From the IMG/VR virus record IMGVR_UViG_2925897562_000003: a stretch of DNA of 46,293 nt. One strand, given 5' to 3'. Within the stretch, counting starts at the first letter, position 1. Every line of letters starts with the position of its first letter. This stretch comes from a virus. Lineage: Duplodnaviria > Heunggongvirae > Uroviricota > Caudoviricetes. This document shows, one piece after another, positions 12,412 through 22,309 of the stretch. The position numbers and the translations under genes are program-made. The notes under the pieces were generated by a model. That model was not told the DNA's origin, did no database searches, and saw only the letters and a list, made by a program, of their open reading frames with translations.

Positions 12412-13052
12412 TTGTCGGTGTACCTCTCTCGTTTGCTCAGTTGTTCAGGAATATGGTGCAGCAGCTCGCCGTCGCCGCAGTAAATAGCGGCATGATTCGG
12501 CACCGATGAACCGAAACAGCACAGCAGCACATCGCCCGGCTGCGCCGCTGACAACGGCACCTGATATAGCCCAGTTGCCTCCAGATTATCCAGATAGAGA
12601 TTCTGACCGTGACGCCACCAGTCATCCTCACGATGAAAATCCGGCATCTCAATCCCCGCCAGATGGTAAGCATCCCGGAACAGCGTGTAACAGTCCGTCA
12701 CCCCGTGCTCAAAGCGCCGCCCGGTGAGATGCGGCACACAGCGGAATTTATGAATCTCACCCCGGCAGACCAGCCACCACGGCAAATCACTCTGCACCTG
12801 CAGCCGCCGGTCAGCCTCACTCAGCCAGGGCAGACCACCGGGGTGGCTGTGGACCAGCGCCACAATCTCACCCTGCATCTCTGCCCGCAGCCAGTCCTCC
12901 GGCGACATCCGGAAATACTCCTCCGGCTCACCGGAGATATTCACGCAGGGAAAATATCTTTCCCCTTCCGGCGTTCTCACCACGAAGCCGCACGACTCCG
13001 CTGGCGCACATCGCCGGGCGTGCGCCAGAATCGCTGATTCTGTCTCTGTCAT
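12309..13052 (-). CDS. K: Tail assembly protein K (NlpC/P60 and JAB-like)
   Basis: Lambda gpK-like sequence (HSHPGG motif); overlaps the start of I. Confidence 0.85.
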   Translation of the reverse strand: MTETESAILAHARRCAPAESCGFVVRTPEGERYFPCVNISGEPEEYFRMSPEDWLRAEMQGEIVALVHSHPGGLPWLSEADRRLQVQSDLPWWLVCRGEIHKFRCVPHLTGRRFEHGVTDCYTLFRDAYHLAGIEMPDFHREDDWWRHGQNLYLDNLEATGLYQVPLSAAQPGDVLLCCFGSSVPNHAAIYCGDGELLHHIPEQLSKRERYTDKWQRRTHSLWRHRAWHASAFTGIYNDLAAASTFE

Positions 13053-13057
13053 GGGAT

Positions 13058-13756
13058 TTACTGCGAAAGTTTGTTAATGGAAAGGAAGCCGCCAAAGTTG
13101 CCGACATTATTGCGAAACTTACAGCCACTCAGGCATTTGCTGCATTTATCCTTCGTGATATCGGACGTCGGCTGGTCATATTCATCCGCGACCGCCGGAC
13201 CGCTATAACCGCACTCATCGCCGCGATAGGTCCAGGTGCAGGTGTTGGCCAGCATGATACGTCCCGGAAAAACGGCACCATCCGTTTCCGTCGGTGTGGA
13301 CAACACAAAGGAGGCACTGACCGCACTCAGTTCGCTGCACTGCTCTATGCGCCAGCGGCTGATCACCTCCTGCTCCGGATCGGCGTCGCTGTTTCCGTTG
13401 ACGAAGTTCACCGCATCCAGAAAACGGGCGTAAACCTTACGCCTGACCACCGTTCCGCCGACCAGACTCTGCAGGTCTTCCGCCATCCCCGTGACCATGC
13501 CGTGCAGGTTAGAAACCGTCAGTGTCGGACGGGCAGCACTGCCCTTGCCGTTCAGTTCAAATCCCGTCCCCTGAATGGGGTATGCCTGATACTGCCGCCC
13601 CTGCCAGGTAACCGGCTCACCTTTTTCGTTCTGCTCATTACAGAAAAAATAACGTTCACCACCGACCTCTGTCAGATCGATTTCCCAGAGCACCACCTGG
13701 GCTGACTGAGTGAGGCGTGTCGTCTCATGATGTGTTTCCTGTGGAATATCCTGCAC
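13058..13756 (-). CDS. L: Minor tail protein L
   Basis: 232 aa, near-identical to lambda gpL as recalled (MQDI...LWEIDLTEVGGERYFFCNEQNEKGEP...). Confidence 0.9.
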   Translation of the reverse strand: MQDIPQETHHETTRLTQSAQVVLWEIDLTEVGGERYFFCNEQNEKGEPVTWQGRQYQAYPIQGTGFELNGKGSAARPTLTVSNLHGMVTGMAEDLQSLVGGTVVRRKVYARFLDAVNFVNGNSDADPEQEVISRWRIEQCSELSAVSASFVLSTPTETDGAVFPGRIMLANTCTWTYRGDECGYSGPAVADEYDQPTSDITKDKCSKCLSGCKFRNNVGNFGGFLSINKLSQ

Positions 13757-13765
13757 CAGAGCCTC

Positions 13766-14095
13766 CTATGCCACGACCTGTTCAAAATCTGCCGTTATGG
13801 TTACCCACAGCGCCCCCACGCTTGCCGACCATTTACGACAAACCACCCTGATCGGTTTCCAGTCATAAGGTGGCGTCCACTGAAATGCGCGGACGCCACC
13901 GTGCCGTTCCAGAAAGGCTTTTAAAGATGGGTGTTCACATTTACGAACACGTATCGTCACGCTGTAAGTCGACAACTGGTTATTCAGTCCCGCCGCACGA
14001 CGCTGTTCATAACCATCGCCCAGCTTCACTGTCACCACTTTCGGCTCTGATACCACATTCATATCCGGGCGCACTTTCCAGTGAAACGTCTCCAT
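13766..14095 (-). CDS. M: Minor tail protein M
   Basis: 109 aa, lambda gpM-like, position between H and L. Confidence 0.85.
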   Translation of the reverse strand: METFHWKVRPDMNVVSEPKVVTVKLGDGYEQRRAAGLNNQLSTYSVTIRVRKCEHPSLKAFLERHGGVRAFQWTPPYDWKPIRVVCRKWSASVGALWVTITADFEQVVA

Positions 14096-17000
14096 TACCG
14101 ATATGCTCCACTTAACCGACCACCATCACGGGCCTGCTGTTGCATAAAGTCCGCTGCCGCTTTTTTCCCAAGGTCATAAACCACCTTCAGGGCAGCCGGA
14201 CCTATCTGCCCGTTCGTGCCATCGTTATTGATCTCGATGTTGTACTGCGGGGCAAACATCGCCATACCTGAACCACCAATATCCGCTACAACCCCCAGCT
14301 TACCGTCAGCACCACGACGCAGTGGCAGAATGGCTTCAGGTCCAGCTTCCCCCATCACACCCGCGCCTTTTGCAAAAGCAAAAAACGTCGGACGGTTAAC
14401 CACCGTGCCACTGTAACGACTCAAATCAGCAGACTGATAAATCCCCCCATTGGCATTCAGGGAAAGGCTGCTGAGATCAAATCCCAGTACACTGCCAATC
14501 CCTTTTATCGATTTCATCATGGTTGCCTGCGCCAGGATTTTCGCCATATCTGACAGCACCGAAGAGGTGAAGGATTTGAAGTTGAGTTTGCCGGTAGTGA
14601 CAAAAGTTGCCAGGCCATTTCCCATGTTGCTGAAGGCTGACGAGAACACCTGTTCTGCTGTTCCTGCCGTATTGTCTGCATCCACGGTAAAATCCTTAAA
14701 TGCACGCAGGACTCCGTTTTTCCAGTTACCCTGCACAACTTCAAGCTGTTGCCAGTAACGGCGATTCTCATTCAGTTGTCGGTTCAGGCTCTCCGTCAGC
14801 GCCTGCTCGGCCTTTCTGTAGTCATCCGTGTTATATGTCCCTTTCTGCTCACTATCCCGCCTCAACTGCTCCAGCTGTTGCTGGTATTTCTGGCGAAGAC
14901 TCAGTTGTACCTGATATCGCTGCCTCTGCTGATCACCCATACCCACCGTGGCGATATCCAGGTCATGTTGCTGACGCTGAGCGCGCTCTTCTTCAGCCAG
15001 TTGACTGGTCAGCTGAATTGTTTTTTTCTTCAGCTCGTTGAGTGCCGTCTGTTTCTGAAGCTCCTGCTGTTTTACATCCAGCAGCGTCAGTGCCTGAATC
15101 AGTTCATCTTTACGGGCCAGCACACTCTTTTCATCTGCCGTCAGTTTTTTCCCGTCCAGGTCGCTGATGCGCTGCTGCAGAGCCAGAAGCTGTTTATGCG
15201 CTTCTGTCATCCTTTCCGTGGCAATGCCTGCTGACTGTCTGGCAGCAGCAATCTGTCCTTCCACCTGTGCCTGTTGCTGACTGTACTGCAGCAATAACCG
15301 GGTGGCCTCATCATTACGGGGTTCGCGTGTTTTTTTCTTACCGGATGCCAGGGCTTTCTCGTAACGTTCATTTTCACGTTGTATCGCCGCATCCCTGACA
15401 GCCTGATCGGCGTACTGCATGGCATTAATACGCGCAATTTCACGCTGATGTCGTGCTGCTTCCGTTTCATTCATCCGGTTCAGTGCAGCATTTTCAGCAT
15501 TACGGCGTTTCTGTTGCTCCTGATAATTCCGCTCTGCCTGCTCTTTTGCATCCTGCAAATCCTTCTGGCGTTTTTTCTCCTGAAGCTCGTTAAGACGCTG
15601 CTGATCGTACTCAACCTGAGAAGATGATGCCGTCCAGGGGAGTCTTTTCGCCCGCGACACTTTCTCCTGTAAAGCGGAAATCTGTTCATCCAGCGAGTCT
15701 TCACGACCAATATTCATGGCCGCATCCCAGAAACGACTCCATAAATCAGACAGATACTTCAGCGTACTGCCCAGCGCATTGAGGTTATTATCAATATCCG
15801 CAGTACGCCGACCGGTTTCCTCTGCCAGTGCAGACATGGCTATCCGTGCAGCATCACTGGACCGTCCCTGATCCCCAAGGACACGTATCTGCTCAAGCTG
15901 AGTGGCAGTAAGAAAATGCAGCTCATTGTCCAGAGCCTTCGCGGCATTTACAGGATCATCCTTCAGCCGCTTAAACTGATTTATGGTATCGCTGACCGAC
16001 TGGCCAACCGATCGCTCCATCTGTGCGGCAGCTCTCGCCACCATACCGATATCGTTTCCACGAAATGCACCACTCCCCACCACCTGAGCCAGCGCACCGG
16101 CTGCAGCATGTTGCGTGATACCATTCCCGGAAATAGCACGACTAAGCGTCCACAGCTGCCCGGCAGTGACTCCGGCATAATGCCCCGTCAGCGACAACTG
16201 GCGGTTAAATTCTTCCCCCTCCTTCTGACCGTCATACCAGGCTTTACCCAGACCATAGACGGACGCGGCAATACCGCCAATAACCCCGCCAAGCATCATG
16301 CCTTTCGGTGACATCAGAGTGTCTATCCATCCGGCACGGTTAGCCAGCGTTATCCCGGATCCCCTCAGCGCCCCTAAATTGCCGCGGGCCAGTTCACCTA
16401 TCAGAACGCCTATCTCCTGGCGGGCCGCTGCACTTTTCAGACCCAGCGAATGCGTGGCTTTTCCTGCCTGCTCCATTTTGCGGATATACACTTCTGCAGC
16501 ACTGCTTACCCCCAGCTGGGCAGCCTTAGCACGAAGCAACTCAGAAGAAGAAAGATTCTGGCGGGTTGCCTGCTCTTTAAGCTGACGGATAAACGCCACT
16601 TTCTGTCGGGTAGCCTCTTCCTCAGCCTGCGTAAGAACACGGGTTTTCGCCGTAACCTCAGAAATCAGCGCCAGATAATCCTGCTGACCAATCCCGCCAC
16701 TGTTTCTGGCCTGTCGGATCTGCTGCTGAATACGCTGTAATTCCTGCAGCCCCGCACTGGCCTGTTTCACACTGTCAATCTGACGATAAAACGCGGCAGC
16801 CGCTTTATCCTGAGCCTCCGCCAGAGCCATGGCCTGCGCCTGTTCCTCGCGCATTTTCTGGCTCAGCGCCTCCATGCGCTGGCGGGTTTGCTCCACCTCG
16901 CGGGCCATGCGTTCATGAGCCTGTGCGCTCTTCTCCACCGTCTGCGCATGGACGGATGCGGCTGTTGCAGCCGAAGAAGCCGCCTGCATTGTCTGCCGGG

Positions 17001-17190
17001 CGGCCTGAGTCTGACGCTCCATAAAACGCTGCATACGGGCAGAAGACCGTTCTGCATCGCTGGCTGCACCATTCAGAAGGTTTTTGATACGGGGAATTTC
17101 ATTTTTAAACTCTGCCGCATCAATCCCCAAATCAATGACCAGGTTGGCTATCTGGTCCATAACGCACACCTCCGGAAATACCTTCCCCAA
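14095..17190 (-). CDS. H: Tail tape measure protein H
   Basis: 1031 aa, coiled-coil-rich (many Q/E/R/A heptads), position after G/T. Confidence 0.9.
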   Translation of the reverse strand: MGKVFPEVCVMDQIANLVIDLGIDAAEFKNEIPRIKNLLNGAASDAERSSARMQRFMERQTQAARQTMQAASSAATAASVHAQTVEKSAQAHERMAREVEQTRQRMEALSQKMREEQAQAMALAEAQDKAAAAFYRQIDSVKQASAGLQELQRIQQQIRQARNSGGIGQQDYLALISEVTAKTRVLTQAEEEATRQKVAFIRQLKEQATRQNLSSSELLRAKAAQLGVSSAAEVYIRKMEQAGKATHSLGLKSAAARQEIGVLIGELARGNLGALRGSGITLANRAGWIDTLMSPKGMMLGGVIGGIAASVYGLGKAWYDGQKEGEEFNRQLSLTGHYAGVTAGQLWTLSRAISGNGITQHAAAGALAQVVGSGAFRGNDIGMVARAAAQMERSVGQSVSDTINQFKRLKDDPVNAAKALDNELHFLTATQLEQIRVLGDQGRSSDAARIAMSALAEETGRRTADIDNNLNALGSTLKYLSDLWSRFWDAAMNIGREDSLDEQISALQEKVSRAKRLPWTASSSQVEYDQQRLNELQEKKRQKDLQDAKEQAERNYQEQQKRRNAENAALNRMNETEAARHQREIARINAMQYADQAVRDAAIQRENERYEKALASGKKKTREPRNDEATRLLLQYSQQQAQVEGQIAAARQSAGIATERMTEAHKQLLALQQRISDLDGKKLTADEKSVLARKDELIQALTLLDVKQQELQKQTALNELKKKTIQLTSQLAEEERAQRQQHDLDIATVGMGDQQRQRYQVQLSLRQKYQQQLEQLRRDSEQKGTYNTDDYRKAEQALTESLNRQLNENRRYWQQLEVVQGNWKNGVLRAFKDFTVDADNTAGTAEQVFSSAFSNMGNGLATFVTTGKLNFKSFTSSVLSDMAKILAQATMMKSIKGIGSVLGFDLSSLSLNANGGIYQSADLSRYSGTVVNRPTFFAFAKGAGVMGEAGPEAILPLRRGADGKLGVVADIGGSGMAMFAPQYNIEINNDGTNGQIGPAALKVVYDLGKKAAADFMQQQARDGGRLSGAYR

Positions 17191-17461
17191 GATGCATCAG
17201 TTCTTCGTCCGTTCGCTCCGGTATCCCGTTCTCTTCCGGTAAAAGGCTGAAATCAGCCACCGCAGCATCATTGCTGCCGGACACCATTCTCACGATCAAT
17301 GCCTTCAGCGAGGCAAACTGCGCATCCATCCACACATCACTGAAGCTCTGCATCCGGAAATAATCGCCCCACTCACCAAGCTCAGTGGCCGACATTTCCG
17401 ACAGCATCCGCCGCCAGTCTGCCCGCCGGAACTCCCGGGCAAGCCGCATGACAAACTGCAT
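17132..17461 (-). CDS. T: Tail assembly chaperone T segment (expected to be expressed as a G-T fusion by -1 frameshift)
   Basis: ORF in the -1 frame relative to G, open across the G stop; lambda G/GT architecture. Confidence 0.6.
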   Translation of the reverse strand: MQFVMRLAREFRRADWRRMLSEMSATELGEWGDYFRMQSFSDVWMDAQFASLKALIVRMVSGSNDAAVADFSLLPEENGIPERTDEELMHLGEGISGGVRYGPDSQPGH

Positions 17462-17469
17462 TTCCCGCG

Positions 17470-17898
17470 TCAGGACTTTTCCGGCGTCAGCACCTCATGC
17501 TCCAAATCCCCGGCATTCTCAATGACTCCCATACCGCTCAGCGACAGAACCATCTCCGCCCCCGCTCCCAGGGCATCATACGACCATGTTGTAATAACGG
17601 ATGCGCAAAGCGTCTCAACATCCTGAGACTGTTCCGCATTCCACAGTGAGCGGGAAACCAGCCAGGCATTGATATCCATCCCCATCCGCAAAAAAGCAAT
17701 CTGTCGTTCAGCCTCCGGCAGTTCTCCCTCTTCGGCATCAAACTTTGCCGTTCGCTGCTGAACAAACGCCAGATATTCAATTCTCTGCAGCCCGGACAGC
17801 TCACTGAGCACCACGGACTGCTTTTCATAATTAAACGTGCCCTGTTTCAGAAACATCATGTTCTCCACCTGCAAAAAAGCCCCGGATAACCGGGGCAA
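17470..17898 (-). CDS. G: Tail assembly chaperone G
   Basis: 142 aa (lambda G about 140 aa), between V and T/H. Confidence 0.8.
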   Translation of the reverse strand: MPRLSGAFLQVENMMFLKQGTFNYEKQSVVLSELSGLQRIEYLAFVQQRTAKFDAEEGELPEAERQIAFLRMGMDINAWLVSRSLWNAEQSQDVETLCASVITTWSYDALGAGAEMVLSLSGMGVIENAGDLEHEVLTPEKS

Positions 17899-17916
17899 AT
17901 GATGAGTATCGTCCTG

Positions 17917-18666
17917 TTAACCTGCGGCGCTGACAGCCACCGCAGCCACTGCCACAAAATCGCCGTCAGAAGTCATGCCCACAATGCTGACACTGCCCTG
18001 CTTCACGCCTTTCACCGTGGCCACAAGCCCGTTCAGGGTCACCGTGGCAGTCTGTGGATCTGTCGAATGCACACTGATCGCTTTGTCACTGGCTCCGTCA
18101 GGTTTTACTGTAAAGGTCAGCGTGGTGGTTGCTCCCACTTTTACACTGGCAGATGCCGGTGCCACCGTCAGCCCGGTAACGCTCACTGTTTCAGTGCCTT
18201 CCTCTGCCAGATACGGACGCCCCACACCGCTGATTTTCACTGTGCGGGTCATCACGTCTTTTGAGGCAATGGTTTTACCCAGTGAGCTCAGCCAGCCACG
18301 GAAAACATCAACAGTGCCGTTGGGATATTTGATACGAAACGCGCAGACTTCACCGGAGTCGAACAACTGAACCAGTTTTTTCTGCCCGCTGTCACCCGGA
18401 CGCCAGGCCAGCGTCGCCGAAGTATCACCGACGGATTTCTGCCCCTGGGTTGTCGTTTTCCAGTCTGCATCTTCATCATCGAGATAAGTGTCATCTTCTG
18501 CATCAGCGGTCATTTCGCCAGGTTGCAGATCCTTCACCATCGCAAGACGCAGCCAGTCAGTGTCCGATAAAGGGTTCGCAAACGCATCGCCCTTGCCGGT
18601 GTACATCCAGAACGTCGTTCCCGCACCTTTCGTTTTTGCCAGTGGATTTGGTGTGGTCATTGCCAC
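17917..18666 (-). CDS. V: Major tail protein V (with C-terminal Ig-like domain)
   Basis: 249 aa, lambda gpV-like, Big_2-like C-terminus (TVTGLTVAPASASVKVG...). Confidence 0.85.
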   Translation of the reverse strand: MAMTTPNPLAKTKGAGTTFWMYTGKGDAFANPLSDTDWLRLAMVKDLQPGEMTADAEDDTYLDDEDADWKTTTQGQKSVGDTSATLAWRPGDSGQKKLVQLFDSGEVCAFRIKYPNGTVDVFRGWLSSLGKTIASKDVMTRTVKISGVGRPYLAEEGTETVSVTGLTVAPASASVKVGATTTLTFTVKPDGASDKAISVHSTDPQTATVTLNGLVATVKGVKQGSVSIVGMTSDGDFVAVAAVAVSAAG

Positions 18667-18671
18667 CTCCT

Positions 18672-19085
18672 TTAATTCGTGTACGTGATCTGGTACGTGA
18701 TTTCCGCCATCGCCCAGGTGGCCATCTCATTATCACGTTGATAGTTAAAACCGAGAGGGATCAGGGTGTCGATGAGTCCGGAAAGTGCCGGTACATCATT
18801 CAGGGCCGGGAAAATGGTGCTCTCCATCCACATATCCAGCTCTGAATCCGGTGCCTGTGCCCGGATGAAGACAGCAATATGCAGAACAGCCTGCCAGTCA
18901 TCTTCATCCGTCATTTTTCCGGTGTACTGAGCATCACTCAGCCACACCGCCACGGCAGGCAGTTCCTGCGCATCAACAAATGCCGGAAGCCCGTCAAAAA
19001 ACGTGGCGCTGTCTCCACACTGTTCCCGAAGGCGTGCCAGTACGACCTGGCGGATTTGTGTATGTCGATTCATCGGGTCAGCCAT
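18672..19085 (-). CDS. U: Tail terminator protein U
   Basis: 137 aa at the lambda U position. Confidence 0.8.
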   Translation of the reverse strand: MADPMNRHTQIRQVVLARLREQCGDSATFFDGLPAFVDAQELPAVAVWLSDAQYTGKMTDEDDWQAVLHIAVFIRAQAPDSELDMWMESTIFPALNDVPALSGLIDTLIPLGFNYQRDNEMATWAMAEITYQITYTN

Positions 19086-19648
19086 AACCTCAGTTGTTGT
19101 TTCAGTGCATACCCCAGCTGTTTCGGCATTTCCGCAGCAATGATGCGGTCGCGGGCATCTTCAAATGCCTGTGTCAGCGGTCCGGACAGCGGGATTTTCA
19201 CCACATCAATGGGGTAACGATTTTTGCCATCAATACGCCGCATCACATGCCAGCGACCATTCGCCAGTTGCTGAATAAACGCATCCCGGAAAAGATATTT
19301 ACCCACCTTCAGCACGCTGCCACGGTACTGCAGTTTTCCACCACGCCGGGTCAGTCTGACCCGGGCGGTCCCCAGCTTAATGGCAGGCAGATTGCCCCGG
19401 TTAACGCGGATCCTGGCCGTCATTTTTCCTGACGGACTGGCTTTAAACACCCGGACACGCTGACGTACCAGTTTCAGGGGTATCCCTTTCACCTGGTTAT
19501 CTCCCGCAACGGTATTCCCGGCAACCTGCCGGGTGGCAACCGAGACCGCTTTCTGTGCCACACGGTTTATCGCCCATGCGCTGGCCTGTGGCACCATACG
19601 GGTATCAAGGCTGTTCAGATTGCGGATGGCATTCTCAAGCCCCTTCAT
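19070..19648 (-). CDS. Z: Tail completion protein Z
   Basis: 192 aa, same length and position as lambda gpZ. Confidence 0.8.
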   Translation of the reverse strand: MKGLENAIRNLNSLDTRMVPQASAWAINRVAQKAVSVATRQVAGNTVAGDNQVKGIPLKLVRQRVRVFKASPSGKMTARIRVNRGNLPAIKLGTARVRLTRRGGKLQYRGSVLKVGKYLFRDAFIQQLANGRWHVMRRIDGKNRYPIDVVKIPLSGPLTQAFEDARDRIIAAEMPKQLGYALKQQLRLWLTR

Positions 19649-19659
19649 CCCACACCTCT

Positions 19660-19935
19660 TTACTCAATAAAGATCATTGGCTTACCGTTAAAGCGTTCAT
19701 GCCGTGTGACCGTCCAATGTTGTCCGTCATAAACAACGCGATCCCCGCGCCGTGGGCGGTATCCCGAAGAAAACACCACCAGAGAGACCGCAGGTCCGGA
19801 CAAAGCATTCAGCTCTGCCAGTGTTTCTCCCGGGATCACAGTCATATCGACATCATTAATCGAGGCTGTCTTTCCCATCTTTCTGACCGTGATCGCATCC
19901 ATACGCGCTGCCAGCCGGGAAAAGGGATCAGACAT
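19660..19935 (-). CDS. Head-tail joining / connector protein (FII-position)
   Basis: 91-aa ORF between head and tail modules. Confidence 0.55.
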   Translation of the reverse strand: MSDPFSRLAARMDAITVRKMGKTASINDVDMTVIPGETLAELNALSGPAVSLVVFSSGYRPRRGDRVVYDGQHWTVTRHERFNGKPMIFIE

Positions 19936-20251
19936 TGAGTTTTACCGGCACTTCTTCTGCACTGGTTCCGGCATCTGCCCAGACAACCCCGACCAGCGGA
20001 TCAGAGCCGCTGTTAGTCAGCTGAACTTTTCCGGACTTCAGATAAACCTTCTTACCCGTTTTCATGTCATCCGTTTTCAGCTTAGGCAGCATAAACACAC
20101 CTTCGGTCAGGCCGTCGCCTGTTTCACCCTGTGGAATATCGGTCAGCGCCACCGCAAAAACATCACCCACCTGCACCAGGTCTCCGCTGCTGATGGCTGC
20201 ACTGGCAACAATCGCCACCGTTTTTCCTTCTTCTACAAAATTCTTTGCCAT
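19928..20251 (-). CDS. Small head protein (DUF2190-like; start taken at MAKNFVEEGK)
   Basis: Follows the capsid gene and its terminator; ORF track extends 15 codons further upstream. Confidence 0.5.
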   Translation of the reverse strand: MAKNFVEEGKTVAIVASAAISSGDLVQVGDVFAVALTDIPQGETGDGLTEGVFMLPKLKTDDMKTGKKVYLKSGKVQLTNSGSDPLVGVVWADAGTSAEEVPVKLNV

Positions 20252-20337
20252 AACTGTCTCCGCACAGCCCCGTTCAGGGGCTGATTTCAGGTACAAAAAA
20301 AGCCCTTACGGGCCATCAGAGTTGTTGTCTGCGACGT

Positions 20338-22296
20338 TTACGCCGTACATTTCACCAGACCGCGGTGATCAACTGGCGCGACACCGGCGTCAATACGCAC
20401 TTTCGTTGTCACGCCATCCACACTGAAGCCCTCCATCTGATCAATATATGGCGTATCCACACCGTTGAGATAAGCCACTTCAATCGTATCGGAGCCTTTT
20501 GACGCAGCCAGGTAGAAGGTGGTCTGGCTGTTATCATCAAGACGGGGCTCTGCAATAACGGTCGCAAAATCTTTCACCGGGTTAATAATACCGGCGTTAA
20601 TGTCAGCCCCCTTGACACTTGAGGAGCGAATGACCTGGTTAGCAACAGACTCCATCGCCGTCGGTACCAGTACGAACGCAGGACGAATATTCAGATGACG
20701 CTCCCCCTCTTTCTGAACGCGCATCAACTGGCGGGCTTTATCCAGCGATGCCACGTCCATTGCCGCGCTCTCCAGTACGTTTGCATGTTTCGCTTTATCG
20801 AACAGACTTACATTATCTGTGGAGATTTTCGGGTTAGACGTCAGAATGGCATAAACCAGATCGGCAATAGTGGATTTCGCCGCACGGCCCAGTTTCATCG
20901 GGACATCGGTCAGCATATTCAGATCATCATTGATAATGGCCTGACGGGTGATACTGAACAGCTCGCCATAGGTCGCCAGTGCAATAGTGGCCTGTTTATC
21001 TCCGGTGGTGACGTATTTATATTCCGCCCCTTCACGCACCTGACGCAGAGCACTGAAGCCCCCCATACCCACACGATGGGCAATTTTAAAATCAGACAAC
21101 TGACCTTTCCGCGTCCACTGTTCATAGGTTTCAGGGGCATCTTCCCAGCCCTGCAGAATGGCTTTGTTCGCAACATCCAGCAGAATATTACCGAAGTCAG
21201 ACGTACTGTGTGTGAACGCCGCACCGACCATCTGCATCGGGTTATAACTGGAAACCCCAATACCCCGTTCAGTCAGTGACATACGGGCATATTCACGCAG
21301 GGTCATCCCGTTGTAGACATTATCACGTTCGGTTTTTTCAAATCCGGCACGCGCCATCAGCGCCTGGCGGATCCCGTCCCCCACAAAATTACCGTTTCCG
21401 GCATAAATATGAGCCGGGGTATTTTTATTGGATGGCGTGGACTCGCGCCCCATCTCGTTCAACAGCTTTTCGCGGGCCTGCTCCAGCGAACATTCAGGAT
21501 CGGCAAGACACTGAGCCTGCAGCGTCTGATAACGCCCGCCAAACATGGCAAACAGATCATTAATACCGTTTACACGCGCTTTTTGCTCTGCCAGTACCTG
21601 CGCACGGATACTGTTTTCATCCACCACGGGTGCTGCTGCCTGCACTGGCGTCCGGGAGGCTGCAGGTTCATCATCCTGTACGCGTGGAGCACTGTTGCGT
21701 GGCGGAGTAATCATGTTTCGAATGGATTCCGGCATCTTTTTAAATTCCTCTGTACGTTTTGACTGAATACATGCCATTGCCTTAACGGCTGGCGTCACCT
21801 GATCAGCAAATCCCTGTGCCAGACATTCGGCACCGGACATCCAGGTCTCATCCGCCAGCATGGCAGCAATTTCATCGGTGGTTTTCCCGGTTTTCTGTGC
21901 ATAAGCGGGTAACAGAACCGCCTCAACCTTATCGAGCAGGTCGGCATAGGTGCGCATGTCCTCCGCATCACCGCCCGTAAAGCCAAATGGTTTATGAATC
22001 ATCATGAAGGTGTTTTCCGGCATAATGACCGGGTTTCCCACCATCGCAATGACCGACGCCATTGACGCCGCCACACCGTCGACATAAACGGTAATGGACG
22101 CACCATGTGTTTTCAGCGCATTAAAAATGGCGATGCCTTCAAAGACATCGCCACCCGGTGAATTAATATGGAGATTAATGTGGGTGATATCGCCCAGTGC
22201 ATTCAGATCACTGATAAACTGCTTCGCTGTAACACCCCAGAAACCAATCTCGTCATAAATATAAATATCCGCGTCACTCTGGTGACCAGCCTGCAT
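20338..22296 (-). CDS. Prohead protease (ClpP/S14-like) fused to HK97-fold major capsid protein
   Basis: N-terminal ClpP-like region (IYIYDEIGFWG...HINSPGGDVFEG...) then a long capsid-like domain; start MQAGHQ at 22296 sits just after the portal stop (ORF track extends to 22557). Confidence 0.8.
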   Translation of the reverse strand: MQAGHQSDADIYIYDEIGFWGVTAKQFISDLNALGDITHINLHINSPGGDVFEGIAIFNALKTHGASITVYVDGVAASMASVIAMVGNPVIMPENTFMMIHKPFGFTGGDAEDMRTYADLLDKVEAVLLPAYAQKTGKTTDEIAAMLADETWMSGAECLAQGFADQVTPAVKAMACIQSKRTEEFKKMPESIRNMITPPRNSAPRVQDDEPAASRTPVQAAAPVVDENSIRAQVLAEQKARVNGINDLFAMFGGRYQTLQAQCLADPECSLEQAREKLLNEMGRESTPSNKNTPAHIYAGNGNFVGDGIRQALMARAGFEKTERDNVYNGMTLREYARMSLTERGIGVSSYNPMQMVGAAFTHSTSDFGNILLDVANKAILQGWEDAPETYEQWTRKGQLSDFKIAHRVGMGGFSALRQVREGAEYKYVTTGDKQATIALATYGELFSITRQAIINDDLNMLTDVPMKLGRAAKSTIADLVYAILTSNPKISTDNVSLFDKAKHANVLESAAMDVASLDKARQLMRVQKEGERHLNIRPAFVLVPTAMESVANQVIRSSSVKGADINAGIINPVKDFATVIAEPRLDDNSQTTFYLAASKGSDTIEVAYLNGVDTPYIDQMEGFSVDGVTTKVRIDAGVAPVDHRGLVKCTA

Positions 22297-22309
22297 CCTG
22301 AACCAGGAA

